The position numbers and the translations under genes were made by a program. The notes beneath the pieces were generated by a model. That model did not search any database. It was given only the letters and a program-made list of their open reading frames with translations, and was not told where the DNA came from. From Thermoanaerobaculia bacterium (GTDB lineage: Bacteria; Acidobacteriota; Thermoanaerobaculia; Multivoradales; UBA5704), in NCBI GenBank assembly GCA_036271335.1, contig DATBAW010000600.1, positions 5,635 through 69,634 of the forward strand: a DNA stretch of 64,000 bases. Reading direction: 5' to 3'. Shown piece by piece: positions 33,479 to 41,137 of this stretch (the first letter of the stretch is position 1; each line of letters opens with the position of its first letter).

Positions 33479-36397
33479 ATGCCCATGCTGAAGCTTCGTG
33501 TCTCGTTGTCGTTCGGTCTCACCCTGTCGATCCTCGCGGCGCTGATCGCCGTCCCCGGCCATTCCCAAATCCTGCGGGCCAGCGGCAGGGGGGGATTGTC
33601 GGCCCTCGCGTTCAGCCAGGAGAAGCTGCGGTCCGCGGAGCACGTCGTGCCGCTGGAACGGGCCGCCAGCGCCAAGTCCATGCAGGACGGCTGGGAGGCC
33701 TTCCGCCTCGGCGCCGGACCCGAGGCCAAATGGCAGGCGTCGGTCGACGAGCGCACCGGCCTGATCTCGTTCGCCGAGGGGGGAAACCTCCCCTGGATCC
33801 CGGGCCATGGCAACCGGATGACGCTCCAGGACCTCGCCGGCGATACGAAGAGGAAGATCGACCGGGTCGATCTCGACGTCCTGGACTCGGTCGCGCGCTC
33901 GTTCCTGCCGCGGGTGACCGAAATGCTCGGCGTCGATCCCGCCGAGCTGGCGCTCAGCCGCGGGCGCAGCGGCCAGCCGGCCGGCTACCTCTGGTTCGTG
34001 GACTATGACGTGGTCCGCGACGGCCTGCCGGTCGAGGGGGCGCGGGTGCTCTTCCGGGTCAACAACGGCAACCTGATCCAGTTCGGCTCCGAGAATCTTC
34101 CTTCCCCGGGCGCGATCGTGCCGCCGACCCGTCTGACGAAGCGGCAGGCGCGGGCCGCCGTCGCCGCCTACCTCGGCGGCTTCCAGAAGGGGGGCACGTT
34201 CCAGGACGACGGCAGTCTGCACCTGATCCCGGTCGGCACCGCGGACGGCGGGCGCGGCCTGGCCAAGGTCTGGCAGATCATCCTCCGCCGCGAAGGGGAG
34301 ACGCCGACCTGGCGGGCGCGGGTCGACGCCACCACCGGCGAGCTACTGGAGTTGGTCGACGTCAATCAATATGCCGAGGCGAACGGCGGCGTCTACCTCG
34401 AGTCGCCCTCCACGACGCTGGAGGTCACGCGGCCGATGCCCTACATCGACCTCTCCACCGGCGGCTACGCCAACTCGGCCGGCGTCTTCCCATACACCTT
34501 CGGGACGGTGACCACGGCGCTCAATGGTCTGTACGTCAAGGCCGGGGACTACCAGTGCGGCCCCATCACGAGGTCCGCGGAAGCCAACGGCAACATCCTC
34601 TTCGGGACCTCCTCGGGGACCGACTGCGCCGTCCCGGCCGGCGCCGCCGCCGGCGATACCCACGCCGCGCGCACCGCCTACTACAACCTCAACCGGATCA
34701 AGGAGATGGTCCGCGGCTGGATGCCGGGCAACACCTGGAACAATCAACAGCAGGAGGTGTTCGTCAACAACAGCAACGTCTGTGGTCCCTACTCGTCCGC
34801 AGGCATCATCTCCCTGCAGCAATCGTTCAGCCAGACGGGCCTCTCCAGCTGTACCAACTCGGGTGAGAACGCCGGGCTGTTGTTCCACGAGTTCGGCCAC
34901 ACCCTCGACGAGAACGACGGCAACGGCCTGACCGGCGATGGGACGACCAGCCAGACGTATGCGGACACCATGGCCATGATCGCCCTCCACGACTCCTGCA
35001 TCGGCCGGGGATTCTGGTACGTCGACTGCACCACCTTCGGCGTCGACGCCTGCCTCAACTGCAAGGGACTGCGGGATGCCGACTACGCCCAGCACGTCTC
35101 GCACGGCGCCGCCACCGCGGCGAACTTCATTTGGCAATGTCCGGACCCCTACATGGGCGAATTTCCCGGCCTCTGCGGCAAGGATCTCGACTGTGAGGCG
35201 AACGTGCCCGACCAGGCCCTGTGGGACGTCGCCAACCGCGACCTGCCGAGCCCCGGCACCGCTGCCGCCTGGGCGATCTTCGACCGGCTCTGGTTCCTCT
35301 CCCGGAGCACCGCCACGGCGGCGTTCTCCTGCTCTCCCGGAGCGATCTATGGCTCGGACGGCTGCGGCGCCGGCTCGCTCTGGAAGGTGTTCCGCGCCGC
35401 GGACGACGACGACGGCAACCTGAGCAACGGCACGCCGCACGGCCGCGCCCTCTACGCCGCCTTCAACCGCCACGCCATCGCCTGCCCCTCCGACGCCGGC
35501 GCCAACACGACCTTCGCCGGCTGCGCCGCTCCCTCCGCACCGGCGTCGCTCACGGCCGTCGCCGGCGACGATCAGGTGAACCTCTCCTGGGGCTCCTCCG
35601 GCTCCAACGTCTATGACGTGTTCCGCAACGAGGTCGGCTGCAACTCCGGCTTCACCCGCATCGCGACCGGCCTCACCTCTCCGTCCCTCAAGGACTCCGC
35701 GGTCGCCGATGGGACCACCTACTACTACCAGGTCACCGCCTATCCCACCGGCAACGAAGCCTGCGCCTCGGTGCCTTCGACCTGCATTTCCGTGGCTCCC
35801 GCGGCCGCGGCGTGCGGCGCTCCCGCCGCGCCGGCCAGCCTGACGGCGACCGCTCCGGCCTCCGGCGGCGTCGCCCTGAGCTGGACCGCGGTGACCGGGG
35901 CCTCCGCGTATTACGTCTACCGTGGGACGGCCTCGGGCGGGCCCTATACCCAGATCGGCTCGGCTGCCACCCCCGGCCTCACCGACCACTCGACCACCGG
36001 CGGCACGGCGTACTTCTACGTGGTGCGGGCGATCCATGTCTCGAACGACGGCACGAGCTGCAGCTCGGCAAATTCCCCGCAGGCCACGGCGACGCCGGTG
36101 CCGGACTTCGCGCTCTCGATCACCCCGGCCGCCGGCACCGTACCGTCCGGTGGCACCTCGATCACTTACACCCTCACCGTGACCCGGCTGGGAGGCTTCA
36201 CCGGAGCCGTGTCCCTGACGTACTCCTTCTCCCCCTCGACCGGCATCTCCGCCACCCTCTCGCCCAACCCGGTAACCGGCACCAGCGCGACGCTGCACGT
36301 GACGGTCCCCGCGTTCGGCGGCTTGTCCTCCCACCTGACGGTGACCGGCGTCAGCGGCGCGCTCACCCACACGGCGACGGCGACCCTCAGTCGATGA
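33479..36397 (+). CDS. Secreted zinc metalloprotease (HEXXH), tandem paralog 2
   Basis: Colinear with 30493..33414, with the same signal peptide style, PVEGARVLFRVNNGNLIQFG, LFHEFGHTLDENDG and the same Fn3-like and Ig-like tail. The RBS context CCCTCAAGGAGGG is also duplicated. Confidence 0.75.
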   Translation: MPMLKLRVSLSFGLTLSILAALIAVPGHSQILRASGRGGLSALAFSQEKLRSAEHVVPLERAASAKSMQDGWEAFRLGAGPEAKWQASVDERTGLISFAEGGNLPWIPGHGNRMTLQDLAGDTKRKIDRVDLDVLDSVARSFLPRVTEMLGVDPAELALSRGRSGQPAGYLWFVDYDVVRDGLPVEGARVLFRVNNGNLIQFGSENLPSPGAIVPPTRLTKRQARAAVAAYLGGFQKGGTFQDDGSLHLIPVGTADGGRGLAKVWQIILRREGETPTWRARVDATTGELLELVDVNQYAEANGGVYLESPSTTLEVTRPMPYIDLSTGGYANSAGVFPYTFGTVTTALNGLYVKAGDYQCGPITRSAEANGNILFGTSSGTDCAVPAGAAAGDTHAARTAYYNLNRIKEMVRGWMPGNTWNNQQQEVFVNNSNVCGPYSSAGIISLQQSFSQTGLSSCTNSGENAGLLFHEFGHTLDENDGNGLTGDGTTSQTYADTMAMIALHDSCIGRGFWYVDCTTFGVDACLNCKGLRDADYAQHVSHGAATAANFIWQCPDPYMGEFPGLCGKDLDCEANVPDQALWDVANRDLPSPGTAAAWAIFDRLWFLSRSTATAAFSCSPGAIYGSDGCGAGSLWKVFRAADDDDGNLSNGTPHGRALYAAFNRHAIACPSDAGANTTFAGCAAPSAPASLTAVAGDDQVNLSWGSSGSNVYDVFRNEVGCNSGFTRIATGLTSPSLKDSAVADGTTYYYQVTAYPTGNEACASVPSTCISVAPAAAACGAPAAPASLTATAPASGGVALSWTAVTGASAYYVYRGTASGGPYTQIGSAATPGLTDHSTTGGTAYFYVVRAIHVSNDGTSCSSANSPQATATPVPDFALSITPAAGTVPSGGTSITYTLTVTRLGGFTGAVSLTYSFSPSTGISATLSPNPVTGTSATLHVTVPAFGGLSSHLTVTGVSGALTHTATATLSR

Positions 36398-36445
36398 GAC
36401 CATCGATGAGGCTCGACGCCGCCGGCGGGAGAGAGCCGAGGCCCC

Positions 36446-37264
36446 TTATGGGACGGGGAATTCGAGGGTGGTGGTGGAGGTGGGAGTGCCCAGCTTCGGA
36501 TCGAGGACGCTGTAGGTAACGACCGCCCACCCCTTATGGCCGGCCAGCGGCAGAGGGACTGCGAGCGTGCCCTGCCGGCTGTCCGTGCCGGCGGGGACGA
36601 CGTTGCTGGCGAGGCTCACGTTCTGCCAGGAGAGGCTGGTGAGATCGCGGCGGCTCAGGTTCTCGATCGGGATCTCGCTCGCGGAGAACGCCAGCTGCAC
36701 GTTGCCCAGCTTGACGCTTGCCGCGTTGCTGCTCGTGAAGTCGATCACCTCGTGATTGAGGACGAAGCCGACGATCGGCGGAGCGCCGACGACGTCATCG
36801 TCGGTCATGCCGAGAAACCAGCCGGTGGCGGACGGAAAGATCCCGCCGGCCCAGTAGTTCAACAACGGGGACGTCGTGTAGAAGCCGAAGTGGAGGCCCA
36901 GGAACGTGCCGCCCACGATCCCGTTCTGCCAGAAGCGCGGATCGTTGTGGGCATAGCAGGCGGCGCCGAGGTTGCCGAAGCCGCCGTAGGTCATGAGCCA
37001 TTCACCGGGCGGAGAGGCTTGGACGACCGGGTTGCCCCAGGGCTCGCGAGGGCCGGTGTAGAAGTTGGCCGGCGCCGTCGGGCCCCCGATCAGGATCTGG
37101 AATCCGCAGAGAGGATCGGGGTCGTCGGCATGCCCGGGGCCGAGCCAGATGACGTCGGTGGTGAACGCATTGGGCAAGGGCGGCGGCGGAATCAACGCCA
37201 GGCCCATTCCGGACAGGGCGAAGAACAGCAGGACGAACAGCAACCGCGAGACATGGTTCCGCAT
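36446..37264 (-). CDS. Secreted hypothetical protein
   Basis: Signal peptide MRNHVSRLLFVLLFFALSGMGLALI. Coding-like composition. No family recognised. Convergent with metalloprotease 2. Confidence 0.6.
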   Translation of the reverse strand: MRNHVSRLLFVLLFFALSGMGLALIPPPPLPNAFTTDVIWLGPGHADDPDPLCGFQILIGGPTAPANFYTGPREPWGNPVVQASPPGEWLMTYGGFGNLGAACYAHNDPRFWQNGIVGGTFLGLHFGFYTTSPLLNYWAGGIFPSATGWFLGMTDDDVVGAPPIVGFVLNHEVIDFTSSNAASVKLGNVQLAFSASEIPIENLSRRDLTSLSWQNVSLASNVVPAGTDSRQGTLAVPLPLAGHKGWAVVTYSVLDPKLGTPTSTTTLEFPVP

Positions 37265-37345
37265 AGAGCACAGACCTCCCCCGCCCGCTGGCGCGGACAG
37301 AGTGATGGGGGGTGTTGCTTGAATGGGAGGCGGGCCGCCCTGCTT

Positions 37346-37388
37346 CCACTTGCTATTGTGACATAATCACCTGGAAACGGGACAAGAA
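37346..37388 (-). promoter_or_regulatory. Conserved upstream motif, copy 2 (core ATGTCACAATAGCAAGT on the minus strand), ~83 nt before the 36446..37264 gene
   Basis: See 30393..30436. Lies in a locally AT-richer patch. Confidence 0.5.
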
Positions 37389-37457
37389 ACGAAAATCGGC
37401 TCCGCGATGTGCCCGACGACCTCGGGTCCCGGAATCGGCGAATAGACCCGAGCGCTC

Positions 37458-40400
37458 CTACAACCGCGCCGCCGCCGCCCGCCGCTGGAGTTGCAGCACC
37501 ATGACGTCCGGGTCGACGACGATCCGCTCGGGCTCGAAGGCGCAGCGGAGGTGGAGCACCTGGGATTCGCCGGCGCCGAGCACGACCGTGGCCCGGGCGT
37601 CGCGGTAGCCCGGCGCGGCCTTCCCGGCCTCGTCGTACCGGTCTCCCCGCGTGGCGGCCACCGCCACCGGGAAACGGCCGGTGCCGGCGTTGGTCAACTT
37701 GAAGGTGGCCTCCCAGGCTCCCCCGCCCAGCGGCCGCTTCCCCGTCTCCTCGATCTCGTACTCGGGGACGACGGTCTGGAAGAACAGCTGTTGGACGAGA
37801 TCGTCGAAGGCCGCCTTGTCCGCCGCATAGGGGCGCATCACGGCCACGAAGTCCTCGATCACCGGGTGGTCGGGGTTGTTGTGGTAGACCCGGAAGAACT
37901 GCTGGACGCCGGCGAGGAAGGCGTCCTTCCCCATCCGCTGGTAGAGCATCCAGAGCGCCCACCCCCCCTTGTTGTAGATCACCGTCACGTCGCCCGGCCG
38001 GCCGTTGAGCTCGAGGGTCTCGGCCAGCGGCTTCTCGTCGCTCGGCTGGCGGTTCTCGCCGTAGTCGGCCTCGATGGCGGTGGCGAAGGTCTGCCGCGCC
38101 AGGGGGCCCCGCATCTGCTCGAGGAGCATCTGGGTCGCGAAGTGCGCCGCCCCCTCGGCGAGCACGATCCCGCCCGGCCCCTCGCCCGGCGACATGATGT
38201 GCCCCCACCACTGGTGGGCCGACTCGTGGGCGGCGATGGTGAAGGCCACGTCGTTGTCCGGCTGGCGCTCGGCCAGGAAGCCGGTGCCCTCGGAGAAGAA
38301 GATGTTGGTGGCGTTGCCGCGCGCGTAGGACGCGAAGGAGGGGAACTCGTTGAGCCGCAGCTCGCGCCAGGGATAGGGCATGTACCACTGCGCGTAGTAC
38401 CGGCGGGCGCCGTTCAGGGCCTCCAGCAGACTGTCCACGTTGTACGGGTGCCCAGGATAGTAGTAGACGGCGGTTCCGGGCCCGCGCTTCACGGCCCAGT
38501 CGTGGCCGGCGGCCAGGTTGAACACGCGCACCGGGTAGTCGCTCTCCCAGGTGCGCGTGCGGCGGCCGCCCCGCACGGTTTCCGCGGTCAGGACGCCCGT
38601 CGAATTGACGAGGTAGTCGGCCGGCGAGCTGATCCGGATCCTCTGGGTGAAAGCCGAGCGGTCGAGATCGGCGTCGGTGATCCCGTCATAGAAGTGGGGG
38701 GGGTAGATCCGCGGCTCCGAGCGGTTCTCATCGTCGACGCCGATCCCGGGGTCGAAGCCGATCTTGGGCACGAAATCGGGATTGCGGCCGGTGAGGACGG
38801 CGCCCGCCGGGAGCAGGAACTCGCCGAGGGCGAGATCGCCGCCGTTCTTGGAGACGCCGGGCAGGATCGTGCCCCGGTAGCGGAAGCCGAGCCGCACCGA
38901 CGCTCCGGGCGCGAGCGGCCTGGCGAGCCGGAAGACGTAGAGGTGCGAGCGGTCTTCCGGAACCACGGGACGGCCGTCGAGCGTCCACCGGAGCCCCGTC
39001 CACGCCGTGCCGCCGGTGACTGGTAACCAGTAGAGCGGCTGGTCCTTTTCGTTCTTCAGGTCGTAGGAGCCGGCCACCTGGATGCCGCGCGTCTCGGGAT
39101 GGAGGTCGAGGTCCATCTCCACGCGCGTCACGTAGGGGAGCGGCTGGTTGGTCCAGGTGTTGAGGTTCTTCCGCCAGTAGTCCTTGTGCGCCTTCTCCAC
39201 CGCGCCCCCCTGGAAGCCGCGGTTCACCTCTCCCCAGAGCGCGAAGCCGAGCACCAGCGGCGGCAGGGCGAGCGCGGCGGCGGCCGCCAGGGTCCGCCGC
39301 CGCTCCGCCGGCCGGAGCACCGGGTGCAGGCGGTCGCGCTCCCGGCGATTGAGGAAACGGACGGCGATCCAGCCGAACAGGACGGCGAGGGCGAGCATGA
39401 GCAGCCGGTTGAGCACCACCGCCGCGCGATCGAGGCCGAGCGGTCCGAGGTCGGTCCAGGGGATCGCGTAGCCCTCGCGGGTGGCGCCGAGGAGCACCCA
39501 GTTGCCCACCCAGGTCATGTACCCGCGGGAGAACAGGAAGGTGGTCAGGATCGCGGCGCCGATCCCGAGGGCGTAGGTGGCGTAGCGGCTCCGCGTCAGG
39601 GAGTGGACGGCGGCCACGAAGGCGATCCAGACGATCATCGTGGGGGTCAGCAGGAGCCCCCAGACGATCAGGAAGGGACGGAGGTCGAACGCGACCCTCC
39701 CCTGCCCCTCGATCACCTGGAGCGCGACCAGCAGCGTGCCGGCGAGGGCGGCGCCCAGCACCGCGAGGTTGGCCAGCACCTTGCCGGCGATCACCGAGCC
39801 GGTGCGGACGGGGGTCGAGAAGAAGACCGGCGCGGTCCCCGTGGACCCCTCGCGCTCCAGCGATTCGACCGTGTAGAAGAGGAAGAGCAGCCCCAGCGCC
39901 CGGGTCAGGTAGGCCGCCGCCATGACCGCCGCCACGCCCGGAGTCCACAGGATGCCGCTGGCGAGGAACGGATCGCGGGAATCCTTGTAGAGGGTGTGGA
40001 GAAAGATCAGGATGAACGGGATGAAGACGTAGAGGCCCGGCTGCGAGCCCAGCTCCTGGAGCTCGAAGCGGGCGACCGTGAAGATTCCCGAGAGGACGCC
40101 GGGCGCGCGCCCCGCCATCGCCAGGGCGGCGAGCGGCCGGTCTCCCGGCAGCGCCGTCGCGACCGTGGTCACGGGCGCGGCCGGCGTCCCGGCCGTCCGC
40201 GAGCGGGCCGGGCGGCGCAGACGGCCGCTGAAGTGGCGGCGAGAGAGGTCCACGAACAGCAACCCCACGAGGACCAGGCCGGCCCGGCTCAGCAGGAAGG
40301 GCGTGTCGTAGCGGATCGGCCGGGTGTTGTAGAAGGCGATCCCGCGATCCACCAGCAGCCACCTCTCCTTGAGCCAGCGGAAGCCCGAGGGGTCGAGGTA

Positions 40401-41120
40401 GCGCAGGACGTCCGACAGCCCCGCGCTGATCCGTGGCGGGTAGGTCGACCAGAGCCAGCCGTTGCAGATCAGGAAGACGATCACCGGAAACAGGAAGACG
40501 AGGATCGGCCGCCCCGTCCAGCGGCCGATCGCGAAGCTCACCCCCGCCGTGAAGACCACCGCCGGCAGCAGGAAGATCAGGGTCGGCCGGACGTAGGCGA
40601 AGAGATGAAAGGGGCCGTAGATCTCGGGAGCGCCGGCGTCCGGCAGGACGTGGGTGAGCACCCCGGTGCTCAACGGCAGCACCAGCACCACCCCCAGGCT
40701 GGCCGCCACGGCGGCGAGGAACTTCCCCCACACGTATTCGCCCGGCCGCAGCGGCGTCGAGTGCAGCAGGTCGCCGATCCGGCTCTCGGCGTCGCGGATC
40801 AGCGGCATGCCGGAGGCGATCGCGACCAGGAACGCGATCATGTAGAAACCGATCAGCGCGTACACGTAGGCGGTCTGGAACTCGGAATCGGTCCAGGCCC
40901 GGTTGCCCCCCAGCGAGGTGTTGATCGAACGGAGGATCCACGAGCCGCGGGACATCCACCAGCCGTTCAGGGCCATGAACAGCGCGAAGATCAGGAACAG
41001 CGGCCGGCGGAAGCTCTCCTTGAGATCGAGCCCGGCGACCAGGCCGAGACGGCGGACGCTGAAGCCCGCCGCCGGGAGCGGCGAGGGCCGGGCGGCGGTG
41101 GAGGACGGCGGGCGTTCCAT
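37458..41120 (-). CDS. Fusion protein: ABC-2-type multi-pass permease (N-terminal ~640 aa) plus M1-family aminopeptidase-like domain (C-terminal ~580 aa)
   Basis: About 12 hydrophobic helices in the N-terminal half. The C-terminal half carries the gluzincin motif AAHESAHQWWGH...LAEG (HEXXH plus a distal Glu). AGGAGA RBS, 17 nt after the upstream PP2C gene stop. Confidence 0.75.
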   Translation of the reverse strand: MERPPSSTAARPSPLPAAGFSVRRLGLVAGLDLKESFRRPLFLIFALFMALNGWWMSRGSWILRSINTSLGGNRAWTDSEFQTAYVYALIGFYMIAFLVAIASGMPLIRDAESRIGDLLHSTPLRPGEYVWGKFLAAVAASLGVVLVLPLSTGVLTHVLPDAGAPEIYGPFHLFAYVRPTLIFLLPAVVFTAGVSFAIGRWTGRPILVFLFPVIVFLICNGWLWSTYPPRISAGLSDVLRYLDPSGFRWLKERWLLVDRGIAFYNTRPIRYDTPFLLSRAGLVLVGLLFVDLSRRHFSGRLRRPARSRTAGTPAAPVTTVATALPGDRPLAALAMAGRAPGVLSGIFTVARFELQELGSQPGLYVFIPFILIFLHTLYKDSRDPFLASGILWTPGVAAVMAAAYLTRALGLLFLFYTVESLEREGSTGTAPVFFSTPVRTGSVIAGKVLANLAVLGAALAGTLLVALQVIEGQGRVAFDLRPFLIVWGLLLTPTMIVWIAFVAAVHSLTRSRYATYALGIGAAILTTFLFSRGYMTWVGNWVLLGATREGYAIPWTDLGPLGLDRAAVVLNRLLMLALAVLFGWIAVRFLNRRERDRLHPVLRPAERRRTLAAAAALALPPLVLGFALWGEVNRGFQGGAVEKAHKDYWRKNLNTWTNQPLPYVTRVEMDLDLHPETRGIQVAGSYDLKNEKDQPLYWLPVTGGTAWTGLRWTLDGRPVVPEDRSHLYVFRLARPLAPGASVRLGFRYRGTILPGVSKNGGDLALGEFLLPAGAVLTGRNPDFVPKIGFDPGIGVDDENRSEPRIYPPHFYDGITDADLDRSAFTQRIRISSPADYLVNSTGVLTAETVRGGRRTRTWESDYPVRVFNLAAGHDWAVKRGPGTAVYYYPGHPYNVDSLLEALNGARRYYAQWYMPYPWRELRLNEFPSFASYARGNATNIFFSEGTGFLAERQPDNDVAFTIAAHESAHQWWGHIMSPGEGPGGIVLAEGAAHFATQMLLEQMRGPLARQTFATAIEADYGENRQPSDEKPLAETLELNGRPGDVTVIYNKGGWALWMLYQRMGKDAFLAGVQQFFRVYHNNPDHPVIEDFVAVMRPYAADKAAFDDLVQQLFFQTVVPEYEIEETGKRPLGGGAWEATFKLTNAGTGRFPVAVAATRGDRYDEAGKAAPGYRDARATVVLGAGESQVLHLRCAFEPERIVVDPDVMVLQLQRRAAAARL

Positions 41121-41137
41121 GGCTGAGTCTCCTGCGT

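Noticed and set aside
32386-36403. ORFs 32386..33813 (-, 475 aa) and 34343..36403 (-, 686 aa)
   Set aside because: They are antisense to the two metalloprotease genes. The composition is Gly/Arg/Ala-rich with no motifs.
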